Assembly (NCBI RefSeq): GCF_009914755.1
Contig: NC_060938.1
Reading direction: 5' to 3' (one strand)
Length of the DNA: 64,000 nucleotides
DNA from: the human T2T-CHM13v2.0 reference genome, Homo sapiens
Shown: positions 14,511 through 26,354 of the stretch, piece by piece
How positions within the stretch are numbered: the first letter of the stretch is position 1
Layout of the letters: each line of letters starts with the position of its first letter
Notes under the pieces: model-generated
Database searches by the model: none
Seen by the model: the letters and a program-made list of their open reading frames with translations, nothing else
What the model was told of the DNA's origin: nothing
Position numbers and translations under genes: made by a program

Positions 14511-16279
14511 GTTACTTTTCCTTTTTTAATAGTACTTTCTCCCTCAATCAAAGACCAAGATGAAGAATACCCAGCATATCTGAAAAACTCAATACGCAGA
14601 AAGTTTATAGATGAGATGTTCAACTGATTCAAACCTGTAAAGAAGAAAAATAAGAAAACCAAAAAGCTAATACTTATCATCTCAGAACAGAGTGCTATTC
14701 TTTCAAAAAGGAGCTGAACTAACATCTCTCAGTTCATCAGGAAATGGCAGAAGTGAACTTGGTTTAGTATTCTTAAAGATATACTCAAAGAGGCACGAAA
14801 GAGTTAAATAAGGATCCACAGAGCTCTTTCTTCTTATTGTCTATAATTACTAGCTAGAAGGAAAGACCATTGTTTGTCAAAACATGCCATATCTGTATAT
14901 AGTTAAGCATCTCCGAAGCATATAAGCTGCAAAAATGAGTGACAAGTAATCTAATTTTAACTTTTTCTGGTTTCAGAAAGAGTTCACGACATTTGTCCAA
15001 TCAATCTACTCATTGACTAATTATTATTGACTAGAGATAGTTACCTCGAAAAAATCCTTTATTCCTTATATGCTTATTCTAGGGCCCCTCGAGGAGCTTT
15101 GTGAATTAACTAGGCAAACAACTTGAGACATTGCCTCAAGATAGATTTATTTAAAATAAACGAATACCATTAATCTCATTCAGACACTTGGCCAGGCAGG
15201 CATTTCTGCTTAAGTGTGCAATTGCACACAGCTGAGCTGTCATGCTGGGATGCAGAATAGAACTCTGACATTTGAGTTTAGTAAAGTATATCCCCCCAGG
15301 TCTCCAAAAGATAAAAAGGTAAAGTTGACATATGGAATACTTTGCCTTTGTGTCCCATTAGTACCTTCAACATCATAGTGCAATGCCTGAGAGTCCATGA
15401 AATGTGCTAAGGAACGGTGTCCTTTATTTATAGCATGACTTTTTCTTGTGAAAAAACAAAGAGTAAAATAGTACGTAATAACAATTTTTAAAGTTGCCTT
15501 ATTTTTTAAATAAAGAATTGTTTTTTATATCATATCATACGAATAGACTATAATCAGTTGGCTGTGTGCCTCTCTGGAAAAACATCAATCAAGACAAACC
15601 AAATTAAAAAAATAAACAAAACAAGATCAAACACATCAATCTATGAAGCTAATTAAAAATTAGACAAACCTTTCTTCACAGATTATTGTATGATGGGATG
15701 GAATGCTTGGAAAGGACAGGACATTTGATAGCCTTACACTCTGGACCAATGAATACCACCAATTGATTTGTCAGAGTTATCTAGGTCTCTTGGACAACAA
15801 CCAACAACAATGACCCACTACAACTTCACCTCATGTATCTTGAACTTTAGGGATATAGCACCATTTAAAGAGACTAACCTCTCTTGGTTCTTGTCAGTGA
15901 AACTGGGAAGAAGAATTTGGAGGTATCCAAGAAAGGTGTCTTATCTAAGGAAAAATTAGTGTCTATTTCCCAAATCATGTGTTGATTTTAAACACGGAGA
16001 AAGAATGTACACCCCCTTTCCCAACACATTGGTATGCTTGTTGTTTGTTGTCATTTATATCTATGTTAAATTATTTTTAAAAATTGTCATGGTAGCTTAA
16101 AACAATACTATTGAAAATGATTTTAACACAAGTATAATAGAAAATCAGAAGCATAAAAATCCACTTACTGACTTAATTCACTGGATACAATTTCTTACAG
16201 AGCAATTGATTATGTTTTTTGTGGACCAGTTACACAAAATAACCAGATATGCATAAAATGATAGAGATAATTGCTAACT

Positions 16280-16520
16280 AAAAATACCATTTCTTGATTC
16301 TTGATTATGTGCAAGGCATTATATCCCAAAACTTAAAACTGTATTTTCTGTTAAAATTTCATAGATGAGGAAGCTTAGATAGATGAGTCTTAGTGGGGAT
16401 GAATAATTTACCTGTAATTGTACAGATAATAAGTGTTAGGACCTAAATTTCAGGATCCTAATTGGAAGCTGATTTGAAAGCCGGGTTTGTCAGACTGCAG
16501 AGCTAATGTTCTTAACCAAA
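16280..16520 (-). mobile_element. MIR
   Basis: TATGTGCAAGGCATT, ATAGATGAGGAAGCTTAG and GATTTGAAAGCCGGGTTTGTCAGACTGCAGAGC. Confidence 0.6.
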
Positions 16521-16816
16521 ATAGTTTAAGTCGAAATCTACAGAAAGAGGGGGGAAAAAAGGTTTGAATAAAAATTAGCCAATCTATAATGGACAAAATG
16601 GAAATCATTACTTAGTGAATGGTATTTTTCTTGAATGTCCTCAAACTCGTCTTTTCATTATATTTGTAAAGGCCAAGAAAAGTTAGTGTAAGTAGTGGTT
16701 TACATATATGGTTATTCTTAATTTAGCAATACACACACACATACACACTCACACAAATAGTCACACATATATGCATACATATATATAAAAATGAATAGAT
16801 GGATAAGTAGGTAATA

Positions 16817-17300
16817 AGCATTAGAGTTCTCCAGAGTAATCAATGGAAAAATAGACTAACTGGAGAACTATAGCTATAGCTATAGCTATAGCTGTGTCAA
16901 TTATAGAGGCAGAAAAATCCCAAGATCTGCAGTTGTAAGTTGGAGATGCAGGGTTGTCAATCATATAGCTCTAGTTCAAAGGCTAGCAGGCTGGAGACCT
17001 AGTAAAAGCTGGTGTTTCAGTTTGTGTTCTGAGGCAGGGGCAAAAACCCAACGTAGCTCAAAGACTGGCAAGAAAAAATATCTCTTAATTTTAGGAAGGT
17101 CAGCATGTTGTTTCTATTCAGGCCTTTAATTGATTGGATGAGGCTTAGTCAAATAAGGGGAGAGCAATCTCCCATATTCAATTGATTTAATATTAAACTC
17201 ACCCAAAATCACTCTCACAGAAACAAACAGAATATTGGTTGACCAAATATCTGAGTCCCTTTTATCCTGCTTAAATTAACACATAAAATTCACCAGCACA
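16817..17300 (-). mobile_element. MLT2B-type 3' LTR of an ERV-L provirus
   Basis: TTCTATTCAGGCCTTTAATTGATTGGATGAGGC...GACCAAATATCTG...ACACATAAAATTCACCAGCACA, adjoining the internal region. Confidence 0.85.
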
Positions 17301-17829
17301 AGCGCATCTCTTGTTAATTTGCCATACATAAGCATCTCCTTAAATCATACTTAATCTCCAAATGAAGATAATACACAAGGTCATAATTCCACCTAACATG
17401 ATACAATTATCCTGCATACAACTGAACAGACATTAATTCCATTCCCAGAAAGGGAGGTACAATCCTTGAGATATTTACTCTTTTCATTGATATAACTATG
17501 ACATAAAATTAACCACTGTTAAATTCTATGATGTAGAGTTAATACATCTTATGGTACATTATAAGGAAATGAGGAGAAGGAAGAAAATGAAGACATTTGA
17601 TGTACAAACACAAATATAATTTTTAACAAAATAAGAAGGAAATACTCATGAGAATTACAGTCCTCATTTCTATAAGTGGTTATGTTATCATAGCTGATAT
17701 TTATAAGTACATTCTTCCACTATCCATTCTGTATTACCTTTGACTTCAGCAAAAAACTTTTCTGGCTGTCATTTACCTAATGATACGTGACCCAAACCTT
17801 TATTTCTAAAACATCTGGACCCTTAGTAG

Positions 17830-18221
17830 TCCTGCCTGAATTGAGTTGCAGTTTTTAATTGACCTTAATAATCATGGCAATACTAATAGACACTCTAAAG
17901 GATCTTCTATACTCCAACATACTCTTCCTTACCTCAGTTGTGAAGATGTAGTGTAATTTCCCCTTGGTAGTCAGGATCAAATTGCAGTCAACACAGTAAC
18001 TCCCTTCCTTGCCTTTAATTCAGAGGCATGTGGAGTCTAAAGTGGCCCAACATTAGCTTTAACTTCCAGTTCAATGGTATTACTGTAGGGTCTGCTAGTG
18101 AAAGCATTTCTCCTTTGGGAGCTGAGACCCCTAGACCAGCAAAGCATAAGACTGTAGAAACAGGAAGCAAAAAATTTGCTAGTGAGTCACTGGGGTTTAT
18201 AGTGAATGGTGCCACTTCCAT
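17830..18221 (-). pseudogene. ERV-L dUTPase remnant
   Basis: VAPFTINPSDSLANFLLPV...IPLNWKLKLMLGHFRL matches recalled HERV-L dUTPase, located downstream of integrase. Confidence 0.75.
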
Positions 18222-21200
18222 TTCTACTGATTCCAGGACTCATGAATCCTGGCTATGGGAGAAAAACACCATATAGTGAATGCTAGTACAGAGCATCCAC
18301 AGCCTCCTGTAGAAGCCTGCCCCAGCTTTGCAAGGTATTGTCACCTAGTTGACACTGTGAGTCTTCAAAAGGCCATCCCCCTGTTGTATTAAGTCATTTG
18401 CATCAGGATGGTGAGAAAAGTGGTAAGATCAGTCAATTCCATGAGCATGAGCCCATTGCCATACTTCAATGGCTGTGAAGTGAGTTCTTTAATCAGAAGC
18501 AATGCTGCATGGAATGAGGTAACAGTGTATAAGGCATTCTGTACATTCTGTACATCTATGGATGGTAGTTTTGGCAGGAGCAGTGCATGCAGGAATGACA
18601 AATCCATATCTGCAGTAAGTGTCTATTCGACTAAGAAAAATATGCTGCCCCTTCCATGATGGTGATCCAATGGAATCAACAATCAAACTGGGTGATCACA
18701 CCAGAGAAAGGTGCCCTATGTGAATCTATGCTACTGAAAGATTGGGTACTCAGCAGTGGCCATAGCCAGGTCAGCCTTAGTGAGTGGAAGTCCATGTTAT
18801 CGAACCCATGTATAATCTCCATTTCTATCACCATGGCTACTTTGTTTATGAGCCGCTTGGGCAATGACAAACACGTATGGGAATAGAAGCTGACTAGTAT
18901 CCACAGAATGAATTAAATTATCCACTTGATTATTAAAATCCTCTGCTAAGACCACCCTGTGGTTAGTATTCACCTTGGATACCAATATTTTCACATTTTG
19001 ATCCATTCTTAGAGGTCTGTCTACATATTTTTCCCCCAGATTTCCAATCATGTTCTTTCCTGACCTTCCAGCCAAAATATTGACTACGGCCCATGAGTCA
19101 GAGTACAATTAAAAGTATAGCTATTGGCCATTTCTCCTAGCAAGTAAAATGAATAATCACTGGAAGTTCTGCCCACTGAGAGGATTTTCCTTTACCACTG
19201 TTCTTCAGGGAAGTCACAAAAAGAGGCTGTTGTGCTACAGCTGTCCACTTCCAGGCAGTGCCTACATATATATATATATAAAAATCATCTATACATCAAG
19301 TGTCAGGATTTACTTCTGTCAACTGATTGTAGAAGATTCCCATGAGACTAGATGCAGGCTGGTTAAGAGAAGGTAGTGTCACGGGAGTTGGGATCATGGG
19401 CATTTGGGCTACTTCTTCATGTACCTTACTTGTGTTTTCCAGAGCCTGCTCAGGACTAGTCATGTACATACCATTTTCATTTGATAATGGAGTGCTGTTG
19501 TGCATACCCTACTTTATGGTTTAGTGGGTCAGATAACACCCAATTCATCATGGGCAGTTTAGGTCCCATGGTTACTTGGTGGCCCTTAGTTAATTATGCA
19601 GTCTCTACTAAGGCCCAGCATCCAGCCAAGAACTGTTTCTCATGAGGATGAGTAGTTATCTGCATAAAGTAGCAGATTTTTGCTCCAAAATCCTAAGGGT
19701 TTGAACTGTGATTCACCTATAGGGACCTTCCAGAATCCTTATCTGCTACTGACACTTCAAACTTCATCGGATCTGCTGGATCATATGGTCCAAGAGGCAG
19801 AGCAGCTTGCACAGCAACCTAGATCTGTTGCAGAGCCTTCTCCTGTTTTGAGCCCCACTCAAAAGTAACAGCTTTTCAGACCTCTTGGTAAATGGGTCAG
19901 ATGTGAGGACATGCAAATATCTTACTATTAAGTCTGGAGAATTTATTACTTCTTGTTCACTAGGTCCTATTGGCATATTTTAAGCAATATGATAGAACAT
20001 CATGCTATCTTGTGGAAGAATCAAGATCACTGTAAGCAAAACTATAACAGGGCTGGAGAGTTCATATATCACTGAGGTACAAAGGTGAAGGTATATTGCT
20101 GGCCTTGCCAGCTGAAAGCAAATTGCTTCTTGTGGTTCTTATTGACAGGTACAAAAATAGAGCATTTGTGAGATTGATAGCTGAATATCAGGTATCAAGA
20201 GATGTGTTCAGTTGCTAAACATTGAAACCAAAGCTAATACAAAAGCTGCAATTGGAGTCACCATCTAGTTAATCTTTCAAGAATCAATTGTCATTCTCTA
20301 ACATCCATTTTTCTTCTCCACAGGCCAAATAGCTGAGTTGAATGGGAATGTGATGAGAATCACCACTACTGTATCTTTCCATTCCTTAATGGTGGCACTA
20401 ATCTCTCCAATCCCTCCAGGAATGTAGTAGTGTTTTTGGATTACTATTTTCCTCCATAGAGTCCACTGTAGCATCCCCCACCATAATGCCCTCACTCCAC
20501 AGGTTGAAGAACCAATTTGGAAATTCTGCTACCTGTGAAATACATCTGTTTAATTTAGGCATTAAAGGACTCTCATTCATTCAAGGGGTTCTGGGTCTGC
20601 AAACTGGGAATGGGCAATCCTGCCCTCTCAATTTCCAGTTATGATTCAGGATAGACTTCTGTTCATTTGCCCTAGAAATGTTTTGCGTATACAGATGAAG
20701 TAAAAATATCTATTTATTTCACTTCTAGGAATACCATGATCAACTAGTCAATGCCATAGGTTTTTGTGAGTAGGTCTTAAATAACAAATCTATTCTCTAA
20801 TGCCAATATCCCTAAGACCCGAATCCCTTCCTCTGCATTAAACCAAAACAGATCTGACATTTTCAGCTCACTCACTCTAGGATACCTTTTGGTCCATGTT
20901 TTAGCCAACTAATCAAATTAACCGGTAGAGTCTTTTCAAATGCCCTGAGACACATCAGTAAATAAATAATCTCTGCTTAGTGAGCCTATTAATAAATGTG
21001 ACATGATTCAACTTTATTTTCCTTCCAGCATTATGTCACATCCTTAATAGCTAATCACACACATGTTCCCCAGATTTCCGTCTGTATAAAGTAGAAAACT
21101 CAAATAGCTCTTTTGGGCTGTGGCACGCCTCCTCATGGTTTGTACTTTGTAGCTTACTTTTGGGAGCTTGCTAGTACTTAAGCCTAGTCACAGGCCTAGA

Positions 21201-21810
21201 AGAAAAGAGGAGTGATGTGGATGTGTCCTGAAGAGACCCAACATTGTCCTGCATGGCCACTCCCTTGCCATTAGAGTTTTTTCTCAGACATTGCAGAGTT
21301 AATCCCCTCTGATGGGGATGGAGGAATTGCTTCTATTGTAGGTGAATAAGTCTCTTCCACTGGCAAAGAAGTCATATCAGAATTTAGGAGCTCAGTGTTA
21401 CCAGCTTCGTCAGGGTCCTCCCACACATCCATATTCCAACCTCAGGATTCCATTCCTTCCCAATTAATGTCCTCACTTTAACAGTAGACATTCTTCAAGG
21501 CTGTCAGTTCAACTTGCATTGTAATTCAGCCAGTCACAGGATGAGGATCTGTCTTTGAATTTTCAGAAATCACAGCTGTGGCGCTACGGGAGATAAGGAA
21601 TTCATTGGGGAGTAACTTAGAAGATTTCACATTATTTATCCGCACTTGATTTGGGAATTTGAATCCCTGAGTTCATCGTTTTGCCCCCTAAGTTGTCCAA
21701 CAATACTACGAGTAACTAGTAAGTCTCATTATATTTATTAGCTTGACAAAAATGTTCAAAAGTATCATGCATTACCACCTAGATCCTGGTTTCTTACAAA
21801 TGGCTAATTA

Positions 21811-21896
21811 TTAGATTGGTGCAAAAATAATTGCAGTTTTTTAGATTTGTTTTTCTTTTAATTGCAAAAACCGCAATTATTTTTTCACCAACCTAA
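21811..21896. mobile_element. MADE1 (Hsmar1 MITE) nested in ERV-L gag
   Basis: TIRs TTAGATTGGTGCAAAAATAATTGCAGTTTTT / AAAAACCGCAATTATTTTTTCACCAACCTAA. TA TSDs at 21809-21810 and 21897-21898. Confidence 0.92.
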
Positions 21897-22146
21897 TAGA
21901 AGTATCTGACAGTGATATTTTGCATATCCCTATCACCAGATAATGCCATGGACAGTCAGCGCTCTCTTTACTACTGGAGTTAGGGCCATTACTATCTTTA
22001 AATCTAATCAGATCAGAGTGCAAATTCCAGAAACCCTAAAACCGATTCATAAATCTTACTTTTAAAATTATCTTCCTTTAAAACCACTCTTAGCATGAAA
22101 ATATTTATTTTTCAGGGACCTCTAGATAAACAGAACAAAAAAAAAG

Positions 22147-22342
22147 TATATATACACACACACATACATACACACACATATATATATATTCTCTCTATAC
22201 CTATACATATATATTCTCTTGAGAGAGAGAGAGGGAGAGAGAGAGAGAGAGAGACTCTATTGGGAGAGAGACAGAGAGAGAGAGGACAGTTTCTGGAATG
22301 TAAGTGTAACTAGGACACAGATAATGAAAGAGATAGATAGAT

Positions 22343-22393
<51 letters not shown>

Positions 22394-22395
22394 AT
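22147..22395 (+). repeat. Compound microsatellite (TA/CA)n, (GA)n and (GATA)11
   Basis: Perfect GATA run at 22343-22386; GA run at 22221-22283. Confidence 0.95.
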
Positions 22396-22440
22396 AGGTT
22401 TTTTTTTTAATAAAAAGTTGGCTCACCTGATTATGGAGGC

Positions 22441-22777
22441 TGCTTTGTTTCACCTCCCCAAATTAATATGTTCAAATTCTAAACCCAAAAGTGATGGTAT
22501 TGCAGGGGAGAGGGCTTTGGACCTTCATGAGGGGCCATCATGACTGGTTATTAGTGCTCTTAAAAACGAGGTCTTAAAGAGCTGCCTAGTCTCTCCCAGC
22601 ATGTGAGGACAGAGAAAGGTGTCATCTATGAAGAATGAAACTTTGCTAGATATTGAACATACTAGCGTTTTGATCTTTGACTTCCCAGCCTGCAGAATTA
22701 TGAGAAATAAATGTCTGTTGTTTATAAACCACTTGGTTTATGGTATTTTTGTTGTAGCAGTCCGCATGGGTAAGACA
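22441..22777 (+). mobile_element. MLT1A/MSTD-like MaLR solo LTR nested in the MLT2 LTR
   Basis: TG...CCCCAAATTAATATGTTCAAATTCTAAACCC...GACTTCCCAGCCTGCAGAATTATGAGAAATAAA...TAAGACA. TSD GAGGC / GAGGT. Confidence 0.88.
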
Positions 22778-24474
22778 GAGGTCAAATCCCAAAATCTGCA
22801 GTCAGCAAGCTGGAGACCCAGAGGGGTTGATTGTGTAGGTCTAGTCTGAGTCTGAAAGCCTGAGAGAACCAGGAGATCCAAAGGTGTGGGTCCAGTCTGA
22901 AGGTGAACAGGCTCAAGACTCAGAAAGTGCTGATGTTTCAGTTTGAGTCTGAAAGCAGAAAAAAACCTATGGCCCAAATTGAAGGTGATTAGGCAGAAGA
23001 AATTTTATCGTATTTTGGGAAGAATCAGTCTTTTGTTCTATTCAGGCCTTCAGTTGACTAAATGAGGAATACAAATTAGGAAGTGCCTTACTCAGTATTT
23101 AAAAATGCTAGTCATTCAAAAACACTCCCAGGGAAGCACCCAGAATACTATTTGACCAAACATCTGAGAACTCCATGACCTGGTTAACACACAGAATTAA
23201 CCAGGTCATGTTACAGATAACTAGATATATAAATAGGTACAGATCAGATACAGAACAGAAGGAAGGAAGAATGGAAGGGGGGAAAAAGGAAGGAAGGGAG
23301 ACACATCTAAAGTTGGCTTCAAAATTCAGAGAAAACAAAACGTAGCAAACAGAAATAACTGTGGTAAGATTAACAGTAATCATTCCTTAGAAACATCAAA
23401 AGTATAAACCATGAATAGACAACAGGTCAGTATAATAAATAACATCTCTAATCTACCTTTATTTGTAAATCTATAACTATTTTCATTCTGATTTTAATAT
23501 TTTTATTATATTTAATTGAAGATTATATGGCATTGAAAATATTTTTCACTAATCAAAGCTTTTTTGTGTAGTTAAGTAGACATCTTTAGGGCCAATTCTA
23601 TTGAAAAGACGAAAGGTTTCATGCATTGAAATTTCATTCCCTTTGACATTAGATCCATTGATTTTTCTTAAAAGATGTTTATACACATCAATTTTACAGC
23701 TTTCTAGAGAAGAGTGTATAATTAAGTATTGACATTCTAAAATACATGTTTTAAAATAGAAGATTTATAACTTCTATTTTGAAAATGGTCAAAAATAAAA
23801 GGTTTGGAATATTTCTTGCAATGTATGATGATGTTCATTTTCTCCAATGTTCTGCTTCAAAGAAGATCATGATTAATTCATTCCAAAAATCCACAAAGGA
23901 TTTCTTGCAATTATAATTAAACATTTTTTGTCTTTATCACATTCTAATGAAAAAAGATGATTGATTTTCAAACCAGGGAATTGCCTTACATGTCAAACAT
24001 CAAGACACATTTCTTTATTGAAAAAGACACTATCCAATGTATATTTGAATAAAAAATTATGGATTTTTTCCCTTCTGGTCTTTCTTTATGAATCTTAGTC
24101 TTACTTTTTTTTATATACGCAAGACTTAATTATTTGATATAAGATAGAAGAGAGAAGCCAATTTACCTGCCATTAAAAAAACCTTTAATTAGTTTCATCT
24201 TTGTCTTGCCCCTCTCCCTCACAGCAACAAGAATTCTACGTAAGGATTTATCATTTAATTCCATGGAATCAAAAATTAATTAATATTTTTCAGATCTCCC
24301 TTCTCTGTATGTATTTCCCTAGGAGCTTCAACTGTGAAATGGGCTGCTCTGGTATCAATCCCAAGAGAAATCGGAAGAAATTGTGCACTATGAATATAAT
24401 TTTCCTTGATAACATAATCCATCTTATTATTTGAAGGAATAGTAAAATATATATAAATGTATATAAATATTATA

Positions 24475-24702
24475 TACTGTAGTGAAGCATAGAATTAGAG
24501 GCAAACTGCTTGGGTTTGATCCTGTTTTTGTCAGTTGCTGGCTGTGTGACCCCTTTCACCTCCATTTTGTCATCATTATAATATGAATAAAAATAACTCT
24601 ATTGTACCAGTTACAGAATTAATAAGAGCTTAAATGAGTTAATAGAAGTAAGGCACTAACAGTGTGCCTGATATATAGAAAAATACATTTTATTGTTATT
24701 AT
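24475..24702 (+). mobile_element. MIR
   Basis: ACTGCTTGGGTTTGATCCTG..GCTGTGTGACC and AAATGAGTTAATAGAAGTAAGGCACTAACAGTGTGCCTG. Confidence 0.7.
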
Positions 24703-26354
24703 TTTAAGCAATGAATTCATTCTTATAAAATGTCAGTTTTTGCATATGACTAATGGATTTCTATTAAGGCCAGGTTTTGGAAAGTTGCCATTGCCATGCA
24801 TTTTCTCATTTTAAAAACTAGAAAAAGGAACTGCTACTCCTACAGCAGATTTAAAATTCTATCACAGTTATTTGACTTGCCCCATTATTTAACTGATTTC
24901 ATAGATAAAAGTACATTTCCTCTGATTACAAGAATTGTTATCAAGTGATGAATAATAATTTTATTGATTTGCTGGGATTTGGAAATTTATTTCAGCCCAG
25001 TTGCCATTAGTATAAAAAGCATGACTGTATTTATTTATCATGTTTTATTTTGAAATGTATGTATATGACAGAAAGTAAAAAGACTTTTGGTAGATATTAG
25101 TATAAAAATGAGCAGATTTGTTGTTTAACCATCTGAGCAAATTTTTATATACTCCTAAAATGTTAATACATTTTGCGAAAGCCATAACAGCATAATATTT
25201 TCATATGTAATTACAGGTAGATTAAAAAATATGTCATGTTACGTCTTGTTATATGTATTTAGTTTACATTTTTAATAATCTATTAATACTCCTAATTAAA
25301 TGCTATCCAAATGTGGCTTCTCTTTTTTGCCTAAATTTGATGATTTGCTGATGAAACATGTAAAGTTTAGGTTAAATGACCCAAACTAGTTTGATCTCCT
25401 TAATCATGGAAATTGTAAAAGAAATGTTTGTGTAAATATGCTGTAAAAATGAAGTTTTGGCTCTAAACCTCTAACTAAACAAAATTTTAATTTAGTTGGT
25501 CCAGAGAGATTAGATTATAACTTCTGTACATTTTGTGACACATAAACTCATTTAGTTAAAATACAATTTCAACTTGGATTTTTGAAATCACCATTCGTTA
25601 TATCTATATTGTACTTTATAAAATGCAAAGAATAACTAAGAGTAATCTACCACAAACAGAAATATGTCATTAGTAGGTATATGGGAAGTATTCTGAAATT
25701 ATGCTCTCAAATATTAAAAGTACCATTGAATTTTAGATCATGTACAACAGAAATTACATCTTAAATTGTGCTTGAATCAATGTAAATAGGATCAAATAAT
25801 GTATACTTTGACCTGGGAAAATTCACATTTCCTGGCTATTGAATCGAGTTTCTTGTCAATAGGGTAAATAGAAATTAATCTTGATGACATCTCAAAACTA
25901 AGCATGAAACTCAAGGGCTACACTTCAAGATTTTCTTCTGCTTTTTCTGGGAAATACAGCAAGACTGCACTGGCTACTAAGTAAATGATTGAACATCCAG
26001 GCCTACTATGATAGTCCAAATATAAGCACAATAGCTTGATGCTTAAAATCAGGTCAGTGGACTAAGAATTCTACATCTATTCTATAACACTGGATATTTT
26101 GTTGGATAAAGAATGACTTTGAAAAAAGAGAAATGGATTTATGTATCTAATTCTGGCCCAACTCTTAGTCAGGTCTTTATGTTACCTTTAGACATGTTTT
26201 TTAAATATAAAATAAGTGAAAATACATCATAGGGCTCTTTTAATTCTGTTTTTAAAAAGTACAATTTATATGAATGTCATCTTTTAAATGTTTAGAGCAT
26301 TTATATGGACATCTCTTAAGTTGTTGGATCTGATTTTAAAATGTAAGAGGCAAA

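Larger units (their letters stand above)
17301..22101 (-). mobile_element. ERV-L internal region (ERVL-B4/HERV-L-like): decayed gag-pol-dUTPase, no env
   Basis: Minus-strand peptide remnants: RT (YIPGGIGEISATIK..FPFNSAIWPVEK, 20298-20495), integrase (IDTYCRYGFVIPA..AKTTIH, 18489-18686) and dUTPase (18015-18221). Degenerate Leu-type PBS at ~22082-22101. Confidence 0.9.
22103..23216 (-). mobile_element. MLT2B-type 5' LTR of the ERV-L provirus, interrupted by MLT1A and microsatellites
   Basis: Homologous to 16817-17300 (GCAAGCTGGAGACCCAG, TTGTTCTATTCAGGCCTTCAGTTG, CCAGAATACTATTTGACCAAACATCTG) and adjacent to the PBS. Confidence 0.85.

Noticed and set aside
21811-21896. Pre-miRNA-like hairpin (miR-548 family)
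   Set aside because: It is a MADE1 MITE. Thousands of these exist, and there is no evidence of processing from sequence alone.
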